A stretch of DNA of 63,668 nt, filler included, from Octopus bimaculoides (lineage: Eukaryota), in NCBI RefSeq assembly GCF_001194135.2. It is 5 parts of 4 records of this genome, joined end to end, with 100 filler letters (N's around TTAATTAATTAA, not from the genome) between each part and the next. Parts side by side here need not be neighbours in the genome. Positions count along the whole stretch, not along the records: positions 46,604 to 59,997 come from NC_069000.1; positions 60,098 to 63,668 come from NW_026424983.1; 3 more parts are not named here. One strand, written 5' to 3'. The notes under the pieces were generated by a model. That model searched no databases and had not been told where the DNA came from. It saw nothing but the letters and a program-made list of their open reading frames with translations. The translations under genes and the position numbers were made by a program. Within the stretch, counting starts at the first letter, position 1, and each line of letters starts with the position of its first letter. Positions 52,342 to 63,668 of the stretch are shown in pieces.

Positions 52342-53159
52342 GAAATACATGTGTGTATATACATGTATGTGTGTATGTATGCATGCATGTATGTATATAT
52401 GTATGTATGTATGTACGTGTACATGTATGTATGTATATATATACGTTTGAATGTATGTATGCATGTATGTATGTATGTATGAGTATATTACTGTGTACAC
52501 GCGCACACTTTCTCACACATAAAATNNNNNNNNNNNNNNNNNNNNNNNNNNNNNNNNNNNNNNNNNNNNNNNNNNNNNNNNNNNNNNNNNNNNNNNNNNN
52601 NNNNNNNNNNNNNNNNNNNNNNNNNNNNNNNNNNNNNNNNNNNNNNNNNNNNNNNNNNNNNNNNNNNNNNNNNNNNNNNNNNNNNNNNNNNNNNNNNNNN
52701 NNNNNNNNNNNNNNNNNNNNNNNNNNNNNNNNNNNNNNNNNNNNNNNNNNNNNNNNNNNNNNNNNNNNNNNNNNNNNNNNNNNNNNNNNNNNNNNNNNNN
52801 NNNNNNNNNNNNNNNNNNNNNNNNNNNNNNNNNNNNNNNNNNNNNNNNNNNNNNNNNNNNNNNNNNNNNCTTTTTATTTCTTTTCTTATTATCCTGAGTT
52901 AAGCAATTTTTTCGATACGACAAGGAATGACAACGTTTACGGTGGCGGCAGGGGCGGTGGTGGTCGTCGAGGTGACGAGTACGATGGCGAAGACGACGAC
53001 AATGACGGTAAAAAAAAAAAGAACGAAAACAAAAGAGGGAAGAATTAAACAACAAAAGGAAAATGTATTTTGGCGAAAAAATTTTTTAAAAGGGGTAAAA
53101 TTATAGAAAAAATGGCAAGAGCCAACAGTGAAACAGTAGATCGACAAAAAAAAGAGACG

Positions 53160-53600
53160 TAAATAACAACTGGTATCGATAAACAATAACAACAACAACA
53201 AAAACAGCGACAACATCAGCAGCAACAACACCACCACTAAGGAATAACGACAACAGCAGCAAAACCGCCACCACCACCATCAACAACAACAACAACAGCA
53301 GCAGCAACAACTACAGCAGCAACAAAACCATCACCACCACCAACAACATTAACAACAACAGCAACAAAACCTCCATCACCACCACCACCAACAACAACAG
53401 CAAAACCTGCTCCTCCACAACAGCAGCAACAAAACCTTCACCACCAACAACAACATTAACAACAACAACAGCAACAACAACAGTAGCAAAACTTCCATCA
53501 CCACCACCACCACGACCAACAACAACAACAACAGCAGCAGCAGCAGTAACAGCAGCAGCAAAACCTCCAACAGCAACAAAAACAACAACAGCACCTGTAA
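53160..53600 (+). repeat. Cryptic (CAA/CAG/CAC)n repeat
   Basis: Direct reading; recurring AGCAACAAAACC subunit. Confidence 0.9.
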
Positions 53601-53719
53601 GGAAGACTATAAGTTGGTTAGACATCAATGACCAAGACAACAAAGACTACAGCCGACGTTGGAAGACGAAGGTAAAACGACAACAACAAGGTAAATAAAC
53701 TACATTATAAGCAATAATG

Positions 53720-53903
53720 GTGGAGGCGCATGGCTCAGTGGTTGGGGAGTTGAACTCGTGATCGTAAGATTTTGGTTTCGATTCCTGGACCGGGTGATGC
53801 GTTCTGTTCTTGAGCAAAACACTTCGTTTCACGTTCAGCTAGTCCACTCAGCTGGCAAAAAGGTCCAACCCTGAAACGGACCAGCGTCCCCCCGTCCAAG
53901 GGA
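53720..53903 (+). mobile_element. tRNA-derived SINE, head type A with a third, short 3' body
   Basis: TGGCTCAGTGG, GTTTCGATTCC, TTCTTGAGCAAAACAC, then AACCCTGAAACGGACCAGCGTCCC..GTCCAAGGG. Confidence 0.75.
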
Positions 53904-53974
53904 AGACAAGCCTTTGATTGTATGACTAGGGAAAGAAATTTGATTTATTATTATTATTAATAATTATTTTTTTT

Positions 53975-54345
53975 TACTCTGGGGGAGGGAGCCAGTCGAT
54001 TAGATCAATCCCAGTACGTAACTGGTACTTAATTTATCGACCTCGAAAATATGAAAGGAAAAATCGACCTTGGCGAAATTTGAACCCAGAACGTTAAGAC
54101 GGACGGAACGCCGCCAAGCGTTTTGTCCGGTGTGCTAACGATTCTTTTCTACTTAGGCACAAGGCCCGAAATTTTGGCGGGAGGGAGCCAGTCGATTAGA
54201 TCGACCTCAGCACGCAACTAGTACTTAATTTATCAACTCCAGAAGGATGAAAAGCAAAGTCGACCTCGGCGGCATTTGAACTCAGAACGTTAAGACGGAC
54301 GAAACACCGATAAGCATTTTGTCCGGTGTGCTAACGATTCTACCA
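53975..54345 (-). mobile_element. Head-to-tail dimer of SINE family D (53975-54145, 54146-54345)
   Basis: Both units carry GGAGGGAGCCAGTCGATTAGATC, CAGAACGTTAAGACGGAC and TTTTGTCCGGTGTGCTAACGATTC. Confidence 0.85.
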
Positions 54346-54643
54346 GTTTGGTGCCTCAGTAGCAGTTGGTATGAATCGAAAAGGAAGGAATTCGTTGTAG
54401 TGGTGGCTACCACTAAAACCACTATCACAATTACTCCTACTACTATCATCACTTGTTGCTGCGCTGGTGGTGGTAGTACTGGCGGTGAGATCAGTGGTGG
54501 TGGGTACGGATGGAGGTTAGATCCCGATATCTTCGAGGAATAAAAGAATTTCAATTCCGACCTTTAACATGCACTTCCTGACACCCTGCTGTTCTCCTCC
54601 CACCACTTCTTTTCTACCTATCTCTCTCTCTCCCTCCACTATC

Positions 54644-54694
<51 letters not shown>

Positions 54695-55459
54695 ATATAT
54701 ATATATATATATANNNNNNNNNNNNNNNNNNNNNNNNNNNNNNNNNNNNNNNNNNNNNNNNNNNNNNNNNNNNNNNNNNNNNNNNNNNNNNNNNNNNNNN
54801 NNNNNNNNNNNNNNNNNNNNNNNNNNNNNNNNNNNNNNNNNNNNNNNNNNNNCTCTATCTTTCAGTCTCTAAATATTACTCGCTTACGCTCTTATTCTTT
54901 CGTTCAATGTTCTCTTTCGCTTATTTACACACAATTTACAGATCACCCCCGCCCCTGTCTCCAAATCCCCCCTCCATATCTCACCCCACCCTCTTTTGTT
55001 TCACATTCTTTAGTCAGTCATTTGACCACTGGGTGTATCGTGAGAAAGGGAGAGCGTGATTTAAAGAGTGGGGTCGGGGAACGGGTAGATGCTGTTTTTT
55101 GTTTGTCTGTTTATTTTTTTTGATTGACTTTTTATTTTATTTTTTCTGTGTTTGTGTTTGTAGTTTTTGGAATGCGGCATGTCTGCTGCTTCTTTGATGA
55201 TTGTATTGCAACGGAAGGAAGATTCCTCGGATAGATAAAGATATACAGCGAAGAAAAATGAAGAGGGTGGGGAGTGAGGGTGTAAGATATAAATAATAAC
55301 GAGGGTTGGGGGGAGGAGGTAGGTGGATCAAGGGTTGATGAAAGTCTAAGGAGAATAATAATAGAAGGGGATGGGTGGCAAAAAGAAAGAACTCAATAAA
55401 CGAGAAAGGGGGTGGATTTTATGAGGTGAAAACTTGGGGTAATATGTGATAACGACAAA

Positions 55460-55505
55460 CTCCAGTAGTAGTAGTAGTATTGTTGTAATAGTAGTAGTTA
55501 TTACT

Positions 55506-55547
<42 letters not shown>

Positions 55548-55626
55548 ATATCAGTAGTAATAGTTATGCTGTAGTAGTGTAGTAGTGGTGGTGGTGGTGG
55601 TGGTGGTAGTAGTAGTAGTGGTGGTG

Positions 55627-55660
<34 letters not shown>
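55460..55660 (+). repeat. (GTA)n/(GTG)n compound microsatellite
   Basis: Direct reading. Confidence 0.95.
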
Positions 55661-56396
55661 AAAAAGGAAGAGGAGAAGGAGAAGAAGAGTAGCAGTATTG
55701 AAGCATGGNNNNNNNNNNNNNNNNNNNNNNNNNNNNNNNNNNNNNNNNNNNNNNNNNNNNNNNNNNNNNNNNNNNNNNNNNNNNNNNNNNNNNNNNNNNN
55801 NNNNNNNNNNNNNNNNNNNNNNNNNNNNNNNNNNNNNNNNNNNNNNNNNNNNNNNNNNNNNNNNNNNNNNNNNNNNNNNNNNNNNNNNNNNNNNNNNNNN
55901 NNNNNNNNNNNNNNNNNNNNNNNNNNNNNNNNNNNNNNNNNNNNNNNNNNNNNNNNNNNNNNNNNNNNNNNNNNNNNNNNNNNNNNNNNNNNNNNNNNNN
56001 NNNNNNNNNNNNNNNNNNNNNNNNNNNNNNNNNNNNNNNNNNNNNNNNNNNNNNNNNNNNNNNNNNNNNNNNNNNNNNNNNNNNNNNNNNNNNNNNNNNN
56101 NNNNNNNNNNNNNNNNNNNNNNNNNNNNNNNNNNNNNNNNNNNNNNNNNNNNNNNNNNNNNNNNNNNNNNNNNNNNNNNNNNNNNNNNNNNNNNNNNNNN
56201 NNNNNNNNNNNNNNNNNNNNNNNNNNNNNNNNNNNNNNNNNNNNNNNNNNNNNNNNNNNNNNNNNNNNNNNNNNNNNNNNNNNNNNNNNNNNNNNNNNNN
56301 NNNNNNNNNNNNNNNNNNNNNNNNNNNNNNNNNNNNNNNNNNNNNNNNNNNNNNNNNNNNNNNNNNNNNNNNNNNNNNNNNNNNNNNNNNNNNNNN

Positions 56397-56745
56397 TGGA
56401 GCACCGCCTTTGGTCGAGCAAATCAACCCCGGGACTTATTGTTTGTAAGCCTAGTACTTATTCTATCGATGTCTTTTGCCGAACCGAAAGATTACGGGGA
56501 CGTAAACACACCAGCATCGGTTGTCAAGCGATGTTGGGGGGACAAACACACACACACAAACACACACATACATATACATATATACGACAAGCTTCTTTCA
56601 GTTTCCGTCTACCAAATGCACTCACAAGGCTTTGGTCGACCCGAGGCTATAGTAGAAGACACTTGCCCAAGGTACCACGCAGTGGAACTGAGCCCGGAAC
56701 CATGTGGCTGGTAAGCAAACAACTTAACACACAGCCACTTTTGCG
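56397..56745 (-). mobile_element. SINE family C, near full length
   Basis: Colinear with 47349-47708 and includes the head end. Confidence 0.9.
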
Positions 56746-58468
56746 TCTATATTTTTTCTCTTTTTCTTTTCTTCTTTTCTTTTTCATCATTTTAAACCGA
56801 GAACTGAAATAAAGTTAACTTTTCCTGTAAAAGGCAGGGGAAAAAATGGTTGTGACGTATATGCATTGAAAATAGAATCACTTGCTGGGTAAATAAATCT
56901 TGATAGCCAGCCACCACAAGTGGGAAGCGAAACCGTGTTGTCTGGTGACCGAGACGACTGTGGTGGCTCTCGATTCTGTGGTTGCTCTGTCCGACTCTGG
57001 CTGTGTCAGAATATTGCCTGTTGGGTGGTCGGCGGCTATCAATCTTATTCAGCTACATGACTGCGGACAATAGATGTAAGCTTGAATGCAAGCATCATTA
57101 GATTAGTGCAGCTAGGCGGGTGGAAATTTGTAGGGGTTAACCAAGTAAAGGACCAGCAAAAATATGAAGTGATGGGAGATAATGGGAGGAAATAGGAAGG
57201 GATACATACATACATACATACATACATGGGCGCACATATGTTTTAACATGCCGTGCGTAAAAGCACAGACACGCACACACAGATATATATATTCAGACGC
57301 AGCCATGCTTATATACCAAGTGTATGTGTGTGTATGTGTGTGTGCACGCGTATGTATGTGTGCGCATGTGTAAATGTATACGTATATAGCTAGATAGTTA
57401 TGTGGATAGATAGATAGATAGATAGATAGATAAATAGACAGATAGATAGATACATACATACATAGACAGACCGACAGGCAGACAAACAAATAGATGGATA
57501 GATACCTTATGGTATGTCAAGTTTGGTGAATTCTTGAATCTTGAGATTATTTTCCGTTCTCATTTTAAAAACCATCAATATATATATATATATATATCTG
57601 ATATACTATTATATATATATATATATATATATATATNNNNNNNNNNNNNNNNNNNNNNNNNNNNNNNNNNNNNNNNNNNNNNNNNNNNNNNNNNNNNNNN
57701 NNNNNNNNNNNNNNNNNNNNNNNNNNNNNNNNNNNNNNNNNNNNNNNNNNNNNNNNNNNNNNNNNNNNNNNNNNNNNNNNNNNNNNNNNNNNNNNNNNNN
57801 NNNNNNNNNNNNNNNNNNNNNNNNNNNNNNNNNNNNNNNNNNNNNNNNNNNNNNNNNNNNNNNNNNNNNNNNNNNNNNNNNNNNNNNNNNNNNNNNNNNN
57901 NNNNNNNNNNNNNNNNNNNNNNNNNNNNNNNNNNNNNNNNNNNNNNNNNNNNNNNNNNNNNNNNNNNNNNNNNNNNNNNNNNNNNNNNNNNNNNNNNNNN
58001 NNNNNNNNNNNNNNNNNNNNNNNNNNNNNNNNNNNNNNNNNNNNNNNNNNNNNNNNNNNNNNNNNNNNNNNNNNNNNNNNNNNNNNNNNNNNNNNNNNNN
58101 NNNNNNNNNNNNNNNNNNNNNNNNNNNNNNNNNNNNNNNNNNNNNNNNNNNNNNNNNNNNNNNNNNNNNNNNNNNNNNNNNNNNNNNNNNNNNNNNNNNN
58201 NNNNNNNNNNNNNNNNNNNNNNNNNNNNNNNNNNNNNNNNNNNNNNNNNNNNNNNNNNNNNNNNNNNNNNNNNNNNNNNNNNNNNNNNNNNNNNNNNNNN
58301 NNNNNNNNNNNNNNNNNNNNNNNNNNNNNNNNNNNNNNNNNNNNNNNNNNNNNNNNNNNNNNNNNNNNNNNNNNNNNNNNNNNNNNNNNNNNNNNNNNNN
58401 NNNNNNNNNNNNNNNNNNNNNNNNNNNNNNNNNNNNNNNNNNNNNNNNNNNNNNNNNNNNNNNNNNNT

Positions 58469-58773
58469 TGTGAGTGTTTATTGAGCGAAAACACCTAAAG
58501 CTCCACGGGGCTCCGGCAGGGGATGGTGGCGAACCCTGTTGTACTCTTTCACCACAACTTTCTTTCACTCTTACTTCCTGTTTCTGTTGTGCCTGTAATT
58601 CAAAGGGTCAGCCTTGTCACACTCTGTGTCACGCTGAATATCCCCGAGAACTACGTTAAGGGTACACGTGTCTGTGGAGTGCTCAGCCACTTGCACGCTA
58701 ATTTCACGAGCAGGCTGTTCCGTTGATCGGATCAACTGGAACCCTCGACGTCGTAAGCGACGGAGTGCCAACA
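58469..58773 (+). mobile_element. SINE family B (head in gap)
   Basis: Colinear with 44860-45160. Confidence 0.9.
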
Positions 58774-58892
58774 ACATATGTGTGTCCGTGTATCATGATC
58801 TCTATATGGGCGCCTTTTTCGTGACTACGTTCCGACCGTATATACATGTGAGTGCGTGTGTATATATGTATGTATGTATGTTTTATATTTTC

Positions 58893-59100
58893 TTTGCTTC
58901 AGTCATTAGACTGCGCCCATGCTGGAGCACTGCCCCGAAGAATTTTAGTCGAACGAATCGACCCCTGGTCTTATTTTTTTTGTATATATATATATATATA
59001 GCTTGGTACTTATTCCATCGGTGTCTCAGGTCGAACCGCTAAGTTACGGTGATGTGTACAAATCAACACCGGTTGTCAAGCGAGGGGGGGGGGGAGAAAC
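58893..59100 (-). mobile_element. SINE family C, 3' part
   Basis: TCAGTCATTAGACTGCG.CCATGCTGGAGCAC..GAACCGCTAAGTTACGG. Confidence 0.8.
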
Positions 59101-59123
59101 CAGACACACACACAAACACACAC

Positions 59124-59231
59124 AAGGTGTTTTCGCTCAATAAACACTCACAACGCCCGGTCTGGGAATCGAAACCGCGATCCTATGACCACGCGTCCGC
59201 TGCCCTAACCACTGGGCCATTGCGCCTCCAC
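59124..59231 (-). mobile_element. SINE family B, tRNA head
   Basis: Reverse complement of 44781-44890. Confidence 0.85.
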
Positions 59232-59329
59232 AACAACAGCCAGTAAGAAGGAGGTATAGAAATAAATAGAATGATTATTGCTTCTAACGATTGTAATTAG
59301 TCCAAACATATTTTGACAGACTATAAACA

Positions 59330-59520
59330 CAAGTACAGATGTTCATCTCGGGATGACCTGCCGAATACGCGAATTCCGTTCCAGAAATCTAACTAATAGC
59401 ACTTTCCCTCGTCCATAGACCACATCTAAGGAATGTTAATTGTCTACAAGCTTTGGTGGAAGACCTCAACTTGGCAAGATTTGACCTGCTGTGGCCGTGT
59501 GACCTTAATGCTGTGTTCCT
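59330..59520 (+). mobile_element. Possible ancient RTE 3' remnant
   Basis: LPNTRIPFQ...HRPHLR resembles MPDxRIPKQ...GRPxLR. Confidence 0.3.
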
Positions 59521-59751
59521 AATATATACATCTGCTCAGTACAGTGGCAAATAGAAAGAAAACTGTGTGTATTCCTGTCCCCCCTCGTTAATTACTCGGA
59601 AACGTATCTATCTATCTGTCTATCTATGCACACACGTATACACATACATACACACACACACTCATACGCATATATACACACATAGAAGCATATTTACACA
59701 CATATGTATATATCTGTGATTATACACAATACATTACACAACCCTATCTTG

Positions 59752-59792
<41 letters not shown>

Positions 59793-59822
59793 ACACACAC
59801 ACACACACACACACATATATGT

Positions 59823-59885
59823 ATACAGAGGTCGTCGTCGACTTACAACCTACCCGACTTACGACCGATCGACTTTACGACGATT
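59823..59885 (+). mobile_element. pogo/Tigger-like terminal fragment
   Basis: TA-CAGAGGTCGTCGTCGACTTAC with three CGACTT(T)AC(G/A)AC repeats, typical of pogo-type ends. Confidence 0.5.
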
Positions 59886-60097
59886 GGCGGGCCAGCTTCC
59901 GGCAGCAATAATAAATAGTCGAATTGAAATCTAATGGGTTTCATTTCTTAGAAATTAAACTGTCTACGGATGATGTCAGCTAACAAATGCTTCTCCTNNN
60001 NNNNNNNNNNNNNNNNNNNNNNNNNNNNNNNNNNNNNNNNNTTAATTAATTAANNNNNNNNNNNNNNNNNNNNNNNNNNNNNNNNNNNNNNNNNNNN

Positions 60098-60129
<32 letters not shown>

Positions 60130-60653
60130 TATAGATATAGATAGAGTGAAGGAGTGATCAAGATTGAGGCCAGTTACGGTTGTGTTGCTGTAGAGGAGAT
60201 ACAGAGTTAACCGGTCAGCGGGATAGAGTGAGAGAAAAAGAGAGACAGAGTGGAAGAGAGCAAGAGAAAGAGGGAGAGAGCAAGAGAGCAGGGGAGAGAT
60301 GGTGGTGAAGTGCCAGAGTATGCTCACAAGGAACAGAGATCAGAATATAAATGTGATGATAGGGAAGAGCAAGGAAGTGACAAGTGGTGGAAAAGCGGAA
60401 GAGCGTGCCCTCAAGATACGGGGTCTGAATATAAATGGTAGGGTATTGCCAAAAGTGCACGAGTAGGAAATAGAGACTTTACGTGAATGCAAAGAGTGTG
60501 GGTGTGGGGCATGCAGTGAGTAAAACCTGGGCATATAGAGAGGGTGGGAGAAATGACACGGTGAGCAGGGCCATGGGGACAGGATTGGGGATCAAGGGAT
60601 AAGCATGAATAGAATGCATGAAAAGAGGAAATGTGAGGAGAAGGAGAGATGTA

Positions 60654-60777
60654 CGAGGGGTGTTCATTAAAGATTCCACTAGAATTCGTTTGTCTTTTAC
60701 GACTGTTGAAGTGAATGAAGGTGTTATAATGGAGGCAGTTGAATGCAGATCAGTGATCAGGTTCTTGTACTTGAAAG
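60654..60777 (+). mobile_element. Mariner 5' fragment (TIR plus transposase start)
   Basis: TA|CGAGGGGTGTTCATTAAAG, then MEAVECRSVIRFLYLK at 60729, like the mariner ExRAVIKFL N-terminus. Confidence 0.65.
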
Positions 60778-60802
60778 TTTCGCTGAAGTGGGTGAATCTT
60801 CT

Positions 60803-60950
60803 GGGGCTTCTTTCAGTTCCCATCTACCAAATCCACTCACAAGATTTTAGCCAGCCCCAGGCTACAGTAGAGGGCACTTGCCCAAGGTGTCTCGCAGTGC
60901 GACTGGGCCCAGGTTCATGTGGTTGGGAAGCAAGCTTTTTACCACACAAC
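60803..60950 (-). mobile_element. SINE family C, 5' part
   Basis: Consensus match; a similar fragment lies at 61606-61750. Confidence 0.8.
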
Positions 60951-61605
60951 CACTATTATATATACACCATTTCTGTCTGTCANNNNNNNNNNNNNNNNNN
61001 NNNNNNNNNNNNNNNNNNNNNNNNNNNNNNNNNNNNNNNNNNNNNNNNNNNNNNNNNNNNNNNNNNNNNNNNNNNNNNNNNNNNNNNNNNNNNNNNNNNN
61101 NNNNNNNNNNNNNNNNNNNNNNNNNNNNNNNNNNNNNNNNNNNNNNNNNNNNNNNNNNNNNNNNNNNNNNNNNNNNNNNNNNNNNNNNNNNNNNNNNNNN
61201 NNNNNNNNNNNNNNNNNNNNNNNNNNNNNNNNNNNNNNNNNNNNNNNNNNNNNNNNNNNNNNNNNNNNNNNNNNNNNNNNNNNNNNNNNNNNNNNNNNNN
61301 NNNNNNNNNNNNNNNNNNNNNNNNNNNNNNNNNNNNNNNNNNNNNNNNNNNNNNNNNNNNNNNNNNNNNNNNNNNNNNNNNNNNNNNNNNNNNNNNNNNN
61401 NNNNNNNNNNNNNNNNNNNNNNNNNNNNNNNNNNNNNNNNNNNNNNNNNNNNNNNNNNNNNNNNNNNNNNNNNNNNNNNNNNNNNNNNNNNNNNNNNNNN
61501 NNNNNNNNNNNNNNNNNNNNNNNNNNNNNNNNNNNNNNNNNNNNNNNNNNNNNNNNNNNNNNNNNNNNNNNNNNNNNNNNATATATATATATATATATAT
61601 ATATA

Positions 61606-61750
61606 TACGACGGGCTTCTTTTAGTTTCCGTCTACCAAATTCACTCACAAGGTTTTGGTTGACCTCAGGCTATAGTAGAAGACACTTGCCTAAGGTGAGA
61701 GTGAACCCAGAACCAAATGGTTGGGAAGCAAGCTTTTTACCACACAACCA
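61606..61750 (-). mobile_element. SINE family C, 5' part
   Basis: CGACGGGCTTCTTTTAGTTTCCGTCTACCAAA..GGCTATAGTAGAAGACACTTGCC. Confidence 0.8.
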
Positions 61751-62965
61751 CTATTATATATACACCATTTCTGTCTGTCAACTTCATTCACAAGGTCTGT
61801 GTCATTTCTTTAAGACAATAGGGTATAATGTGAAGCAGATTTGGTTCCTATTTCTAGCAAGTTGAGTGATCACTTGGAGAGCTTTCATTAATCACTTACT
61901 GTGTTATCAAGAACATCTGACTCTTTGTTACTGCAATTTTGATTGACATGGCTTTAATTACTGCTATTCAACCTATTGTGAACATCTCTTAATTGAGGAA
62001 GGAAGGAAGGAAGGAAGGAAGGAAGGAAGGAANNNNNNNNNNNNNNNNNNNNNNNNNNNNNNNNNNNNNNNNNNNNNNNNNNNNNNNNNNNNNNNNNNNN
62101 NNNNNNNNNNNNNNNNNNNNNNNNNNNNNNNNNNNNNNNNNNNNNNNNNNNNNNNNNNNNNNNNNNNNNNNNNNNNNNNNNNNNNNNNNNNNNNNNNNNN
62201 NNNNNNNNNNNNNNNNNNNNNNNNNNNNNNNNNNNNNNNNNNNNNNNNNNNNNNNNNNNNNNNNNNNNNNNNNNNNNNNNNNNNNNNNNNNNNNNNNNNN
62301 NNNNNNNNNNNNNNNNNNNNNNNNNNNNNNNNNNNNNNNNNNNNNNNNNNNNNNNNNNNNNNNNNNNNNNNNNNNNNNNNNNNNNNNNNNNNNNNNNNNN
62401 NNNNNNNNNNNNNNNNNNNNNNNNNNNNNNNNNNNNNNNNNNNNNNNNNNNNNNNNNNNNNNNNNNNNNNNNNNNNNNNNNNNNNNNNNNNNNNNNNNNN
62501 NNNNNNNNNNNNNNNNNNNNNNNNNNNNNNNNNNNNNNNNNNNNNNNNNNNNNNNNNNNNNNNNNNNNNNNNNNNNNNNNNNNNNNNNNNNNNNNNNNNN
62601 NNNNNNNNNNNNNNNNNNNNNNNNNNNNNNNNNNNNNNNNNNNNNNNNNNNNNNNNNNNNNNNNNNNNNNNNNNNNNNNNNNNNNNNNNNNNNNNNNNNN
62701 NNNNNNNNNNNNNNNNNNNNNNNNNNNNNNNNNNNNNNNNNNNNNNNNNNNNNNNNNNNNNNNNNNNNNNNNNNNNNNNNNNNNNNNNNNNNNNNNNNNN
62801 NNNNNNNNNNNNNNNNNNNNNNNNNNNNNNNNNNNNNNNNNNNNNNNNNNNNNNNNNNNNNNNNNNNNNNNNNNNNNNNNNNNNNNNNNNNNNNNNNNNN
62901 NNNNNNNNNNNNNNNNNNNNNNNNNNNNNNNNNNNNNNNNNNNNNNNNNNNNNNNNNNNNNNNNA

Positions 62966-62997
62966 AGAAGAAGAAGAAAAAGAAGAAGAAGAAGAAG

Positions 62998-63044
<47 letters not shown>

Positions 63045-63091
63045 CGACGACGACGACGACGACGAAAGGAAGAAGAAGAAGAAGAAGAAGA
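62966..63091 (+). repeat. (GAA)n-(AAC)n-(GAC)n-(GAA)n compound microsatellite
   Basis: Direct reading. Confidence 0.95.
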
Positions 63092-63409
63092 ATGTAGCTG
63101 GATCATCCTCTGATATAAGCTCATTCATTAAGGATTTCGTTAATCCAATTACTCGTTATCTCAAAATTACAGCCAACAACTAACATTGTTCATCTGACTT
63201 TAACGATTAATGATTTACTATAATCCCAAATTGGATTTGTTTAATTATTTCCCAAGATTAATTATAATTATTTCTACTGATTAGTAGATTTGGTTATTAA
63301 TAGAGTTTCAATATATGAAGTAGCGTCAAGGGATTAATTAATTAGTTGCATGTTAACGCGAAGATTGTTGCTGTATTATGTGTAAATAATATCTTTTACT
63401 TGTTTCAAT

Positions 63410-63600
63410 GATTTTACTGAGGCCATGCTGGAGCACCGCCTCGAAGGGGTTTTAGTCAAACAAACTCACCCCAGGATTTATTTTTTAGGCCTGGTACTTA
63501 TTTTGTCAGGCTCTTTTGCGGAACCACTAAGTTATGGGGACGTAAACACACCAACACCAGCTATCAAGGAGGACAAACACAAATACGAAGACACACACAC
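63410..63600 (-). mobile_element. SINE family C, 3' part
   Basis: GGCCATGCTGGAGCACCGCC..CTAAGTTATGGGGACGTAAACACACC. Confidence 0.8.
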
Positions 63601-63668
63601 ACACAAATACACACACGCACGCACACATACATACACATACATATACATACACATACACACACACACAC

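Noticed and set aside
60803-61780. Apparent duplication of a SINE C head plus flank across a gap
   Set aside because: Only the last ~60 nt are identical while the upstream parts diverge, and copy 1 ends at a contig edge. Likely an assembly overlap artefact.

Overview
This is AT-rich animal DNA with many assembly gaps and dense microsatellites. It is most likely an octopus genome, inferred from the tRNA-derived SINE families and repeat landscape. No long intact ORF is present; nearly all long ORFs in the track are microsatellite or N-gap artefacts. The main transposon content is: about 30 SINE copies or fragments from 4 tRNA-headed families; two head-to-tail, 5'-truncated R4/Dong-like retrotransposons (RT plus CCHC plus restriction-like endonuclease) sitting in one (AAT)n tract; Penelope-like remnants, including a GIY-YIG fragment with 330-bp inverted arms; and RTE LINE, mariner and pogo scraps. 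Three observations stand out. (1) At least 8 degenerate type-I hammerhead ribozyme motifs fall mostly into two dispersed families, two of them with very long stem II. (2) Fold-back elements appear to carry a hammerhead or its remnant between the arms. (3) A phase-consistent chain of small + strand exons (75, 51, 15, 7, 23, 46, 50 nt) found by eye splices into an unrecognised 81-aa reading frame. All calls were made by eye; no searches were run.
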